From: an uncultured Candidatus Saccharibacteria bacterium | GTDB taxonomy: Bacteria > Patescibacteriota > Minisyncoccia > Phycocordibacterales > JAKFXT01 | DNA: 64,000 bases | Assembly: GCA_964385825.1 (NCBI GenBank) | Contig: CAYLPX010000001.1 | Coordinates: 84,493-148,492, forward strand | Direction of reading: 5' to 3' | Position numbers and translations under genes: made by a program | In this document: piece after piece, positions 27,068 to 36,994 of the stretch | Numbering within the stretch: position 1 is the stretch's first letter | Layout: every line of letters starts with the position of its first letter | Notes under the pieces: generated by a model | Databases searched by the model: none | Told to the model about the DNA's origin: nothing | The model's input: only the letters and a program-made list of their open reading frames with translations

Positions 27068-28130
27068 TTAGGGCAAGGGCCATGCCAAGGATTGCGAATA
27101 CGACTCCCACAATCCAGAAGCGCATTACTACTTTGTACGGTGGCCAACCAATAGCTTCAAAGTGGTGGTGAATCGGAGCAACAAGAAAAACTTTTTTCCC
27201 TCTTAATTTTTTGGAGGTTACTTGGATAATATCTGAAAGGGTTGTCACAATAAGTGGTAAGGCAATAACTGGAAGCACAATAAGACCATGTCCACCTCCC
27301 AAGCTGTCTGTCATGAAGGCAACAACGGCCAAGGTTATAGTGAGGCCCATCATACCGGTTTCTGACATGTAAAAGCGTGCCGGAGGAATATTGAACCAGA
27401 GGAAGGCCAGTATTCCGCCGACTACTACAAGGCAGAATGCAGCTAGGTTAATTTGGTTTTGGTAATACGCAATACCGGCGTAGGCTGCAAACATGGCTGA
27501 GAAGATTCCACCGGAGAGGCCGTCTATGCCATCTATCACTCCCCCTGAATATATGCCGATAACCACGAGGACAAATAAAGGTATGAAAGCAATTCCTAGG
27601 TACCAATCACCAAGCACTGGTAATCCAATTGAGGCAACTCCGAGTTTGTAGTAAAACCACAGAGCGCAAAGTAAACCGATAGTTCCAACTATGAGCAATC
27701 TCTTTTTTAGCGAAAGACCTCCTGCTATGTGGTCTCCCCCACCCTTCACTTCAAGATAGTCGTCAATAAGTCCAAAGAGCGAGCCAACAATAAGGACAGC
27801 GAGTGGAATCCATGTTTGGTTACGGCTGATAAAATCTAATTTAGAAAAAGTTTCGCCTCCAAGTATGTGACTTAAAAGCATGAGAAGGAGTGCTGTTAGG
27901 AAGACAGAAACCCAGACTACCACCCCCCCCATTTTCGGAGTGCCTACTTCTTTGTGTTTATGTAATTCGTTAAAAATGGGTGTAGCACTACCTGAGAGAT
28001 CTACTTTGCCCGATTTTTTCTTCCACATCTCGTTTTTGTAGAGGTAGTTGGTCAGAATGGGGGTGAACGCTACGCCTATGGTGAAAGCAAGGGTAAAAGG
28101 GATAAATAGTTTTACAATGTCTATAATCAT
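27060..28130 (-). CDS. mraY: phospho-N-acetylmuramoyl-pentapeptide transferase MraY
   Basis: Polytopic protein with the HHHFE motif. Confidence 0.9.
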   Translation of the reverse strand: MIIDIVKLFIPFTLAFTIGVAFTPILTNYLYKNEMWKKKSGKVDLSGSATPIFNELHKHKEVGTPKMGGVVVWVSVFLTALLLMLLSHILGGETFSKLDFISRNQTWIPLAVLIVGSLFGLIDDYLEVKGGGDHIAGGLSLKKRLLIVGTIGLLCALWFYYKLGVASIGLPVLGDWYLGIAFIPLFVLVVIGIYSGGVIDGIDGLSGGIFSAMFAAYAGIAYYQNQINLAAFCLVVVGGILAFLWFNIPPARFYMSETGMMGLTITLAVVAFMTDSLGGGHGLIVLPVIALPLIVTTLSDIIQVTSKKLRGKKVFLVAPIHHHFEAIGWPPYKVVMRFWIVGVVFAILGMALALIG

Positions 28131-28156
28131 AGTTTTTTCAGTATAGCATGCACTAT

Positions 28157-28735
28157 TTAGGCTTCGGTTGTTGATTGCCCAGTCTCTCGGAGATCTTCCT
28201 TCTTACTCGCTTCTTTGCGGGCTTCAATTTCAGCTCGAGTGGTTTCGTACTCTGGTAACTCCTCCACGCTTCCAATCCCAAGGAATGAAAGGAGTTCAAA
28301 GGTTGGTCGGTACTTGAGGCTACGCTTATCCGTTTCGTGTTCAATGCGCTCAACTAACCCGCGCATGAGGAGATTGCGAAGAATAAAGTTGGAATTAACC
28401 CCCCGAATGTAGTCTATTTCACTTCTTGAAACTGGCCCTAAGTACAGCACGATTGAAAGCGTTTCAAGCCCTGCGCGGCCCAAATCTTTGTGAAGTTCTT
28501 CTTTAATGAATTTTTCAATGATGGGTGCCGCTTCTTTGTGCGTACCGAGCATAACTTCCCCATCCTTTTGAATGAGGGCAAGTCCACGATTCTCTAAGGT
28601 TGCAGCTAATGCTTCTATAGCTTCGCTTACTTTTGACACCTCTTCTCCGGTTAGCTCGGAAAGCTTTTTAAGGCTAAGAGGCTCTCCTTTAAAGAAGAGA
28701 ATAGATTCAATGAGTGAAGAAAGTGGTAGGGACAT
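28157..28735 (-). CDS. scpB: segregation and condensation protein B
   Basis: Tandem winged-helix ScpB pattern. Confidence 0.8.
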   Translation of the reverse strand: MSLPLSSLIESILFFKGEPLSLKKLSELTGEEVSKVSEAIEALAATLENRGLALIQKDGEVMLGTHKEAAPIIEKFIKEELHKDLGRAGLETLSIVLYLGPVSRSEIDYIRGVNSNFILRNLLMRGLVERIEHETDKRSLKYRPTFELLSFLGIGSVEELPEYETTRAEIEARKEASKKEDLRETGQSTTEA

Positions 28736-28737
28736 AG

Positions 28738-29466
28738 TTATGAAATGGTTGGGACCCCGATCTCTGCGGTTTCCATAGTAATATCGCTAAATCGGTCTTC
28801 TTGGGTTACTGCTATAATACCCTGCTTTACTAACTCTAGCATAGCAAGAAACCCTACAATGACATGTACTTTCTCGGCTCTCTCTCCCCCAGCAAATTGC
28901 TTGAAGGAGGTCCTCAAATTGCTCTGTATACGAGTGACTAGTCGTTCTATCATTTCTTCTATACTAACCACTTTTTTAACTATGGCTTGAGGGATAAGTT
29001 CCTTAATTGGGATTGCAAGTAGCACTTTCTTGATACTCTCTCTAATTGAGGATGGGGTGATTGTTTCCTCCGGAGAAAAAATAGGGTTAACTACTTTTTG
29101 CTCAGATTTACTAAATATTGGGGTTTTGCCAAAACGCTCCTTGATGTGGAAACTTAGGGCGCGCATACGCTCTAGAGTTTTCAGGCGCTCTTCAAGGTCA
29201 GCCACATCAGCACTTTCCTCCATGGTGAGTGAGAGATTGGGTAGGAGGGATTTTGACTTTATTAACAGGAGTGTTGAGGCCACAAGAACAAAGTGTGCAA
29301 TATGAGGTATCCCTTCCTCCTCTAGGTTTTTTACATGTTCAATAAAGTCATCGGTAACGCTTGCTAGTGAGATGTCGTTGATATGAAGCTTACGCTTTTC
29401 TATGAGATCAAGCAGCAGATCGAGCGGTCCTTCGAATTGTTCCAAGTTTACTTTAAAGGCTTCCAT
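28738..29466 (-). CDS. scpA: segregation and condensation protein A
   Basis: ScpA N-terminal LDLLLDLIEK motif. Confidence 0.8.
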   Translation of the reverse strand: MEAFKVNLEQFEGPLDLLLDLIEKRKLHINDISLASVTDDFIEHVKNLEEEGIPHIAHFVLVASTLLLIKSKSLLPNLSLTMEESADVADLEERLKTLERMRALSFHIKERFGKTPIFSKSEQKVVNPIFSPEETITPSSIRESIKKVLLAIPIKELIPQAIVKKVVSIEEMIERLVTRIQSNLRTSFKQFAGGERAEKVHVIVGFLAMLELVKQGIIAVTQEDRFSDITMETAEIGVPTIS

Positions 29467-29516
29467 ACGGTTTAATGCTTACTATAACGGGTTTAGACCC
29501 TTCGGGCAATTGTGTA

Positions 29517-29545
29517 TTGCCAAATAAGGGGTTTTGTCCTATAGT
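29517..29545 (+). promoter_or_regulatory. sigma70-like promoter TTGCCA-17-TATAGT for the GC-rich small gene/RNA
   Basis: Read directly. The leader is about 65 nt. Confidence 0.4.
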
Positions 29546-29616
29546 GAAATTTGCTGTTCAATTTTGGAAGGCGCGACCAATAAAAATTCGCGTCACCGAG
29601 TATAGGAGGGTCAGGA

Positions 29617-29874
29617 ATGACCGAGTTGGCAAGAAACCTGCCGGATAGTCCGGCGCGGTGCAATTGTGCCCCAGGGCACAGTCGTTGCGCTGGCAAGACC
29701 AGCAAGAACACGTGCCCAGGCATGGCAGTAACGCCCGTTCGGTGCGTTTCGCGGCACATGGACAAGGGGGTGGTGGGGTTTCGCCTGACAGTTTCTGTTC
29801 GGGCAGACGAGACCACCCATTTCGTCAGGTCGAACTGGCAGGGCGCAACCCCCGAAATCGAAGCTCGGGCCTGA
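29617..29874 (+). CDS. hypothetical Cys-rich small protein (85 aa) in a GC-rich islet (alternatively a structured ncRNA)
   Basis: AGGAGGG lies 6 nt before the ATG. The N-terminus reads CNCAPGHSRCAGKTSKNTCPG. A strong terminator follows. Composition is low-complexity, so protein coding is not certain. Confidence 0.35.
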   Translation: MTELARNLPDSPARCNCAPGHSRCAGKTSKNTCPGMAVTPVRCVSRHMDKGVVGFRLTVSVRADETTHFVRSNWQGATPEIEARA

Positions 29875-29888
29875 ATCGGCAATTCGGA

Positions 29889-29918
29889 AGCCGCGGCGTA
29901 CGCCGCGGTTTTTTTTAT
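29889..29918 (+). terminator. intrinsic terminator (gccgcggcg..cgccgcgg plus T8), abutting the aspS stop
   Basis: GC hairpin followed by TTTTTTTTATTT. Confidence 0.65.
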
Positions 29919-31244
29919 TTACTTACTGAGAAGTGTGTCTATGCGGTTAATGTCACGAGGGAAAAGTGTGGCTTCTTTTACATTAGCAAGGCCCAAAAAT
30001 TTCTGTGTTAAGCGTTCAAGTCCGATAGCAAGTCCTCCGTGTGGTGGCATACCGGTATCAAAGGCTTGGAGATAGAACGAGAATAGTTCTGGGTTAAGCC
30101 CCTTGTTTTTAAGGCCCTCAAGCATGAGCTCTCTGGTGTGGCGACGCTGTCCCCCGGTCGTTATTTCAACTCCACGGAATAGTAGGTCAAAGGACTTAGA
30201 AAAGCCTTTATCATTTTCATCCTCGTATGTGTAGAAGGGGCGCTTAGTAATTGGATAGTGAGTGATAAAAATAAAATCAGAATTATGTGTTTTCTTAGCC
30301 CACTCACAGAGCTGCCTTTCATGTTCTGGTTCAAGGTCTGGCTCCCCTACTGCTTTACCGCCAAACTCCTTCTCAATAAGTTCCTGGGCCTCGCGGAGTT
30401 TCATGGTAGGGATATTTTTTGGTACTACAGGGATTTCTGCAGCAAGAAGGGCGAATTCCTTTTCGCACGTGTTATGTAGATGCTTTGTTATGGCTATCAT
30501 CATGTCATTTTCAAGGCGCATGATATCTGTGTGGTCTTTAATAAAACCAAACTCTAAATCAAGAGAGGTGTATTCATTGAGGTGGCGGGAGGTGGCATGT
30601 TTTTCTGCTCGGAACACATTACCAATAGTGTAAACTCGTTCAAATACTCCCACCATAATCTGTTTGTAGAGTTGTGGTGAGGTAGCAAGACCGGCTTTGT
30701 GACCAAAGTGATCAATAGCGTATATAGCGCTTCCCCCCTCGGCATCACCCCCTACAATTTTAGGACATTGGAATTCTGTAAAACCGTTACTATCTAAAAA
30801 AGCATGAAAAGCTTTAATGATTTCACTTTGTACTTTAAAGATCGCATGACTCCTTTCACTGCGAAGGGTGTAGGGTTGGTTATCAAGAAAAGTATCTATA
30901 TTAAGTTCAGTACCGAGTTCAAAAGGTACTTCTGCCTTAGCAAGTACGCGTATAGCTTTTATTTCAAGTTCAATTGAACCATTCATAACTCCAGCCTTTA
31001 CCATTTTCTCTGGTCGTTTGTTTACCTGTCCCTCTATTTCAACTACCCATTCTGGTCGGAGGGTTTGTGCCACAGTGAGTGCTTCTTCATGGCTTGGCAA
31101 CACCACTCCTTGTACTAGGCCCGTGGCATCACGTATATCAAGAAAGATGAGCTTACCATGATCACGACGAATATGTACCCAGCCCTTTATGAGTGCGGTC
31201 TCCCCTACTTTCTTTTCTAAATCTTGAATAAATGTTCTTTGCAT
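29919..31244 (-). CDS. aspS: aspartate--tRNA ligase, short archaeal/type-2 form (class IIb)
   Basis: N-terminal OB fold (GWVHIRRDHGKLIFLDIRD). Class II motifs FRAE...RH and GLAIGLERL. At 441 aa it lacks the bacterial GAD insertion. Confidence 0.8.
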   Translation of the reverse strand: MQRTFIQDLEKKVGETALIKGWVHIRRDHGKLIFLDIRDATGLVQGVVLPSHEEALTVAQTLRPEWVVEIEGQVNKRPEKMVKAGVMNGSIELEIKAIRVLAKAEVPFELGTELNIDTFLDNQPYTLRSERSHAIFKVQSEIIKAFHAFLDSNGFTEFQCPKIVGGDAEGGSAIYAIDHFGHKAGLATSPQLYKQIMVGVFERVYTIGNVFRAEKHATSRHLNEYTSLDLEFGFIKDHTDIMRLENDMMIAITKHLHNTCEKEFALLAAEIPVVPKNIPTMKLREAQELIEKEFGGKAVGEPDLEPEHERQLCEWAKKTHNSDFIFITHYPITKRPFYTYEDENDKGFSKSFDLLFRGVEITTGGQRRHTRELMLEGLKNKGLNPELFSFYLQAFDTGMPPHGGLAIGLERLTQKFLGLANVKEATLFPRDINRIDTLLSK

Positions 31245-31247
31245 AAT

Positions 31248-32225
31248 TTAAAGTGTTACCCCAACAAGATCACGAACCTTCTCCATTGTTTGTTTTGCTT
31301 TAGCGCGCGCTCGCTCTCCTCCTTGCGCCAGAACTGAGGCAATAAGCGAACTATCATTTCGGATCTCCTCATAACGGTTTCGAAGTGGGGTCATAAAGTT
31401 CTGCATATTCCCAAACAATATATCTTTAGATTCTTTGTATCCAATTCCCCCCTTTTGATAGCGCTCGGTTAGTGTTGCAAGATCATTTTGGCTAAAAAGT
31501 TTGTGATAGGTAAAAACAAGATCGGTGGCAGGGTCTTTTGGTTCCTCTACGCCTTTTGAATCAGTAGTAATACTCATAACAGCTTTGCGTAATGTTTCCT
31601 CGTCAGCAAAGAGTGGAATAATATTGCCGTAACTTTTACTCATTTTTTGTCCATCAATACCTGGAATGGTTTGAACAGTCTCATCAATAAAGGCTTCTGG
31701 TATTACAAAAGCTTCTCCGAAAGTACTATTGAACTTTTGGGCAGTATCACGGGCTATCTCTATATGTTGTTTCTGATCAGCTCCAACTGGAACAATATGT
31801 GCCTGTTCAATTAAAATATCGGCGGCCATTAAGAGTGGGTAATCAAAAACACCGACATTAATTTCCTTATTCTTTGCTTCAGCGTCCTTGAAGGCGTGTG
31901 CTCGCATAAGGTATGGCATGGTCGTTATGCAATTGAATATCCAAGCTAGTTCGGTTACTTGAGGAACATCGGATTGCTTATAGAGAGTAACTTTTTCAGG
32001 ATTAAGACCAATAGCCAAATACCCCGCCACGGTGTCTTTAATGATGTTTTGCATCTCCTCTTTATTTTGGAGGGTGGTTAGAGAGTGTAGGTCGGCAACA
32101 AAGATGTTGCAATCATAGGAATCCTGGAGGGTTAGGAATTGGCGCATGGCTCCAAAATAGTTGCCAATATGGAGGGTTCCGGTCGATTTGATACCAGAAA
32201 CTAAGGTTTTTTTAGCGGTTACCAT
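31248..32225 (-). CDS. trpS: tryptophan--tRNA ligase
   Basis: HIGH motif (TLHIGN) and KMSKS, with full-length TrpRS similarity. Confidence 0.9.
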   Translation of the reverse strand: MVTAKKTLVSGIKSTGTLHIGNYFGAMRQFLTLQDSYDCNIFVADLHSLTTLQNKEEMQNIIKDTVAGYLAIGLNPEKVTLYKQSDVPQVTELAWIFNCITTMPYLMRAHAFKDAEAKNKEINVGVFDYPLLMAADILIEQAHIVPVGADQKQHIEIARDTAQKFNSTFGEAFVIPEAFIDETVQTIPGIDGQKMSKSYGNIIPLFADEETLRKAVMSITTDSKGVEEPKDPATDLVFTYHKLFSQNDLATLTERYQKGGIGYKESKDILFGNMQNFMTPLRNRYEEIRNDSSLIASVLAQGGERARAKAKQTMEKVRDLVGVTL

Positions 32226-32276
32226 AGGCGCTATACTAGCAGAAATAAGGGGTTTTTCAAAACAGCAAAGGAGGGG

Positions 32277-32999
32277 CTAGTGTTTGCTTTGCGTAAAAAA
32301 ACGCTTGGGTAAAAGGTACATGAGGAGGGTTATTGAGCCTGCCAAAACAGCTAGTGAAAGCCCCAAAAGATTTTGGACTGAATTGATTGAAATATGGATA
32401 AGAAAACCTGCTGTACCAAGGAGAAAGCCAACGGCGCTTAGGGTTAGTAATTTAAAGCGGCCATAAGAATCTTTCAGTAGCATGGCTGCTTCATAGAAAA
32501 TAACACCCCAAAGGTATCCGTAGATGAAAAAGGTTAAGCCAACGAGCCAGCGGACTATTGGGTTTGCAACCCAAGTCATAACTCCGAGCTCATTAACTAC
32601 CGGTAGTCTAAAATCATAAAAAAGGAGTGCCGTTGAGAAGATGGTAATAATGCCAACAGTAATAATACCGAGTACTTCTTCTTTTTCGGAAATAATGGAA
32701 CTGGCCATAAGACGAAGTAATCTGAAACCAACCATGAGAGCACAAAGAGTTAGGGTAGTACCGATAATGTAGGCGTAGGCAAAAAGAAGCATATTGGAGG
32801 CGTCAATAAAGTACGGCACTACGAAACAGACACACCGAAGAGAAATAAAAGTAAAGAAAATACCCGCTGCAAGCACAGCTTCATTTCGGGTGCGGTGGTA
32901 GGAAATGAACATGTAGCTTGAAGCACAGATAAAACAAAAGCCAGTTATGGCTGACGCCAGTAAACTTAGGGGGGCGTGTAATATTTCAGTTAGCATCAT
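32277..32999 (-). CDS. hypothetical polytopic membrane protein (7-TM-like)
   Basis: About 7 hydrophobic segments. It overlaps the histidine kinase stop by 4 nt, so it is in the same operon. Confidence 0.5.
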   Translation of the reverse strand: MMLTEILHAPLSLLASAITGFCFICASSYMFISYHRTRNEAVLAAGIFFTFISLRCVCFVVPYFIDASNMLLFAYAYIIGTTLTLCALMVGFRLLRLMASSIISEKEEVLGIITVGIITIFSTALLFYDFRLPVVNELGVMTWVANPIVRWLVGLTFFIYGYLWGVIFYEAAMLLKDSYGRFKLLTLSAVGFLLGTAGFLIHISINSVQNLLGLSLAVLAGSITLLMYLLPKRFFTQSKH

Positions 33000-34648
33000 A
33001 CAGTTTTAGCAAAATTAGTAACAGTGTTGGCTCTGATAGCCTCGCTATCCTCCAAAAGTTCTACAAAGAAGGTGGTTCCCTTCCCTATTCCTTCTGATTC
33101 TATCCAAACTCGGCCCTTATGTCCTTCTACAATTTCTTTCACAATATAAAGCCCGAGCCCCGTACCGATAACGTTCACTTTGTTAGCATCTTTGGCTCTT
33201 GAGAATTTTGCAAAGAGAACGGGTATGGTTTCTTTATCAACTCCAATACCAGTGTCTGCAATAGATAGTATAATCTTTCTCTCAGCTCGCTTTTTAGTGA
33301 GGCGCACCGCAATACTCCCCTTAGGGGTATATTTAATGGCGTTGTCTATAAGGTTAACGGCAACTTGGCGTATTTTACTAATGTCGGCTTTAACAAGATA
33401 GGGAGTGAGGTGATCAGTACTAAAAGTGAGCACAAGGTCACGCTGTGTAGCTGATGCTTTCTGTTCTTCAACTACGCTCTTTACGATTTTCTCAAGATCC
33501 ACGGTTTCAAACTCATACTTCATGCGACCCTGTTCAATGCGCGAAACATTGAGGAAGTCCTCAACCATCACTACAAGTGATTGGCAGGATTGGAACATTT
33601 TATCCACCGCTTCGTTGATGGCAGGAGGGACCTTGCCATAGGACCCATCTAAGATGAGCGAAGCGTAACCCTTAATAGCGGTTAGTGGGCTGCGGAGTTG
33701 GTGTGAGGCAATCGAAACGAATTCAGACTTTAGTTTATCAAGTTCTTTAAGGCGATCGTTGGCGCGTGCTAGATCAGTGGCTAGTCGCTCGATTTCTTCG
33801 CGTGACTCAATTTCCTTCATAACACTGCGGATAAGGAAGACTCCAGAAATAATTGTCGCGATAAGAAGGCCTGAAGTTATAAGTTGATCTTCGGTAGTTG
33901 GTGAAACTAGAATACGAGAGAATAAGAGTCCCCAGATAGCAAAAGTGAAAAGCTCAGCAGACACCACTTTTATATTAAAGAGGTGGTGTCGCAAAATAGC
34001 GTAGGTAATGATTATCGGATAGAGCGAGAAAAGAATAAGTGGGTATGGTGGAATAGGAATGTTAAATGTTAAAAGGAAGACACTTCCCCCACCGATAAAA
34101 CCAGCTGTTGAAGAAAATAGTACGTACCCAAGACGTGTTTTTTCTGTTCCCTTTACCTTACCGATTGAAATAAAAAGAATTATTTCTGCTACTAGTACAA
34201 TGATGAAAAAGTAGGCCGTGAAGTATATATAGAGTGGACCTGCATCAGGTGCAAAGGCCAGTGGGCTTTTGGGAAAGACGTCACGCACGAATAATAAACT
34301 TTTACTAACGAGGAGGAAAAAGACTGCCAGGAATGAAAAAATAATCGTGAGTGGCAGGTATTTTTTATTGGTGTTGGTTAGACTAATGATGAAGTAGAAG
34401 TAAAGGACAGGAATTAATATTGCTCCAAGATGAAGGATCCAGTCACTTTCTATAGCGGAAGTTCTACTGCTAGCAACAAGCATAGAAAAATATCCGAAAC
34501 TCCAAATAGCGGTTACTAGATTAAGGAGCATCCAAGCCCTATTTTCCTTTTTCTTGCTATCACTAAAAAATACAAAGGCACCGGATGCTATGGCGACTAA
34601 TCCACCAAGGAAGAGTGAGATATTGAAATAGTTAAGTGATTCAAGCAT
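32996..34648 (-). CDS. sensor histidine kinase with an N-terminal multi-TM sensor
   Basis: HisKA H-box SHQLRSPL and a HATPase_c (G boxes DTGIGV, GTGLGL). Confidence 0.85.
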   Translation of the reverse strand: MLESLNYFNISLFLGGLVAIASGAFVFFSDSKKKENRAWMLLNLVTAIWSFGYFSMLVASSRTSAIESDWILHLGAILIPVLYFYFIISLTNTNKKYLPLTIIFSFLAVFFLLVSKSLLFVRDVFPKSPLAFAPDAGPLYIYFTAYFFIIVLVAEIILFISIGKVKGTEKTRLGYVLFSSTAGFIGGGSVFLLTFNIPIPPYPLILFSLYPIIITYAILRHHLFNIKVVSAELFTFAIWGLLFSRILVSPTTEDQLITSGLLIATIISGVFLIRSVMKEIESREEIERLATDLARANDRLKELDKLKSEFVSIASHQLRSPLTAIKGYASLILDGSYGKVPPAINEAVDKMFQSCQSLVVMVEDFLNVSRIEQGRMKYEFETVDLEKIVKSVVEEQKASATQRDLVLTFSTDHLTPYLVKADISKIRQVAVNLIDNAIKYTPKGSIAVRLTKKRAERKIILSIADTGIGVDKETIPVLFAKFSRAKDANKVNVIGTGLGLYIVKEIVEGHKGRVWIESEGIGKGTTFFVELLEDSEAIRANTVTNFAKTV

Positions 34649-34653
34649 AGCGA

Positions 34654-36315
34654 TTATTCTATAGCTACTTGAGGTAGGTATTTATTTCCCAGTTCGGTGA
34701 AGTCCTTTGCCTGACCGATAAGTTCAGCTAACTTTTTCTGGGTTGGGTATGAAATATTTGTTCCATGATGTGGTTCGATATGAATGTCGCCTCTATACGC
34801 AAGCCCCTGTTGTCTTGCCTCGCTAAACGCCCTCAATTTACCCTCAAGAGCATAAAGAGCTGATTGGGGTGAAGAGCAGGCTACGTGTGGATTTTTTATT
34901 CCATGAACGCTCCAGCCTTCTGGAATATGTGAGGGGTTAATATAGCCATGCCAGTGTGAGAGGGCCATACCATGCTTCATTATATGCTCAAGAAATCTAT
35001 TAGTAGGGTCAGTGTAGTTAAGAATAGAAGCAATAATTGCGTTTCCCACACTATGAGCAAGCATTACGCCAGTATCAAAAGAAGGTTTGTAATCTTTCTT
35101 AAAGACCACCCCCTTTGGTGCCTGTATGTACATAATCCCATTTTTAAGACCGATTTTAACCACGTCTTTAATTGGGTCCATGTTGGTTTTATTGGCTCCT
35201 GATCGCTGACTAATGAGCCAAACTTCTGGTACCTTGAGTGCAAATTTTCCTTCTTTAATTTCAATAACGATATACATATCATCACCCACATAGAACAAGT
35301 CTTCTTGGGGTGGGTTGCCGCCCAATTCTTTTGCTATGTTTGCAAAAGGTATGAGTGGCGAAGGCATAACCGGCATTTGGTTAGCAAGAAATCCATAGCT
35401 CATACCGGTCCGATGATCGAGATGGAGCTGGCCAATCCAAGCATAAAACTTATTACGGAATGGAAGGTCGGAAATCTTTTTTCCCGGAGGATACATGGAG
35501 AATGATTCAAAAAGTGGCCCACTTTCAACAAGGTCACGCACAAGCGGGCTATGTACACTGTCTGTCGAGTCAAAAGGTTTTTGTATAACTGTAAAATCCG
35601 AAAATCGGTATGGTCGAATGGGGGCTGCAATTTTAGGTAAAAGACCGTACAACACATCGTGTTTAAAATTACTTTTAAGCTTATAGAAAGGATGTGAAGC
35701 ATTGAAGTTATAGACAACCCAGTTTTCTTTATCAACCACTATGACAATATTGGTCATATGGAAGGCAAAGAGTCTCATGGCAGTGTCAAAGTGGTCATAG
35801 AAGTTACTCTGCTCGGTGATGGTTTTCGGTTTATCGAGAATAGTTATAACCGAGCTCAATCTAAAGCTTGAAGCCACATCTATCGGCATGTGCCCCATTT
35901 CATTTTCTCCAAGTGCAATAACTGAAACACCAGGGCGAATACGATGCTTTTTAAGTATGCCTTTAATAGTTTTGCTATCGATGTATACGCGATCAGTTTT
36001 CCCTCTAGTTTTTTCAAAAAGATACAATACGTTATTACTAAGGCTGGCAAGGAGTCGTTTTATTCGCTTTTTTGTCGGGACATTTTCAAGCGCCTCTCTG
36101 TAGGGAATAATTCTAACCCCAAGTTCTATTAGAGTTTCTTCTAACTGTTTTGCAAACGCCAGAACGGGGGCACTAAGTGTTGTAAGGTTTTGAATGGGAT
36201 AAAAGGAAAGAATTACCTGTTTGGCCATTTGTTTTGGCTCCTTTTCCACCCCCTCTTCAAGGCCTAATATAGTTTGAATTGTTTTTTCACTAAGCATAGA
36301 CATGTATGTGTTCAT
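34654..36315 (-). CDS. hypothetical 553-aa soluble protein, His-rich C-terminal region (HWHGY, EPHHG)
   Basis: Long intact ORF that overlaps plsC by 26 nt (translational coupling). No family recognised. Confidence 0.5.
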   Translation of the reverse strand: MNTYMSMLSEKTIQTILGLEEGVEKEPKQMAKQVILSFYPIQNLTTLSAPVLAFAKQLEETLIELGVRIIPYREALENVPTKKRIKRLLASLSNNVLYLFEKTRGKTDRVYIDSKTIKGILKKHRIRPGVSVIALGENEMGHMPIDVASSFRLSSVITILDKPKTITEQSNFYDHFDTAMRLFAFHMTNIVIVVDKENWVVYNFNASHPFYKLKSNFKHDVLYGLLPKIAAPIRPYRFSDFTVIQKPFDSTDSVHSPLVRDLVESGPLFESFSMYPPGKKISDLPFRNKFYAWIGQLHLDHRTGMSYGFLANQMPVMPSPLIPFANIAKELGGNPPQEDLFYVGDDMYIVIEIKEGKFALKVPEVWLISQRSGANKTNMDPIKDVVKIGLKNGIMYIQAPKGVVFKKDYKPSFDTGVMLAHSVGNAIIASILNYTDPTNRFLEHIMKHGMALSHWHGYINPSHIPEGWSVHGIKNPHVACSSPQSALYALEGKLRAFSEARQQGLAYRGDIHIEPHHGTNISYPTQKKLAELIGQAKDFTELGNKYLPQVAIE

Positions 36316-36970
36316 TCTGTGTTTCCATTATGGCACGAGCAGTCTCCCGATAATACGCGGGGTCTTCTGTGTGGCTGTGTATATCGTACTGAGGCTTACC
36401 GATACGTACTTGAATATGGCGTTTTCTACCGAGCAACTCTCGAAGCGTAATTTTATAAGCCCCGGTTATGGTGACGGGGATAATAGGAGCATGTGAGACA
36501 CTGGCTAGATACACCACTCCCCCATGAACATCGCCAAGGGAGCCAGTTTTGCTAATTCTGCCTTCTGGGAAGATGCAGACAGTGTTCTTTTCCTTAAGTA
36601 GCTTGATATGATTCTTTAATGACTCGCGGTAATCCTTGAGCCCGGATTCTGCGGGGTAAGCCCCCCAAGCTTTAAAGAAAAACCCGCCATAAAAGAATTT
36701 CCGCATCCCCTTAATTGAGGCTAGATAATTTTTTCTGGAGACATAAAAGAGCGGCGCAAGCGATGATAAGCATGGCAGGGCGGCTCGCACAAGTATAGGG
36801 TCGAGCTCACTAATATGATTTGAAGCAAAAATAACAGGAGGTTTTACAAGCCGTAGGTTTTCAAGCCCCACAACTTCAAAGTGAATGAAATAATTTAGCA
36901 ATAGTCTTGTTGGAATCCACGCGGTTGATTGCAACACTTTTGGTATATATAGTTTCAGGGCCTTTTTCAT
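36290..36970 (-). CDS. plsC: 1-acyl-sn-glycerol-3-phosphate acyltransferase (LPLAT family)
   Basis: NHISELDP (HX4D) and FPEGRIS motifs. Confidence 0.8.
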   Translation of the reverse strand: MKKALKLYIPKVLQSTAWIPTRLLLNYFIHFEVVGLENLRLVKPPVIFASNHISELDPILVRAALPCLSSLAPLFYVSRKNYLASIKGMRKFFYGGFFFKAWGAYPAESGLKDYRESLKNHIKLLKEKNTVCIFPEGRISKTGSLGDVHGGVVYLASVSHAPIIPVTITGAYKITLRELLGRKRHIQVRIGKPQYDIHSHTEDPAYYRETARAIMETQNEHIHVYA

Positions 36971-36994
36971 ACTGATAGATAGCGTGTTTTCGCT

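Noticed and set aside
29600-29900. RNase P RNA in the GC-rich patch (GGATAGTCCGGCG and GGCAGTAACGCC resemble P4 5' strand and J blocks)
   Set aside because: The block order does not match type A RNase P, and no complementary 3' P4 strand (ACAGAA-CCGGCU) is present on the same strand.
29600-29900. tmRNA on the minus strand (GGGGTTG...TTCGAC... resembles the tmRNA 5' end)
   Set aside because: The candidate acceptor 3' strand is only about 75 nt away, with no T-loop and no tag reading frame. It does not form a tRNA-like domain.
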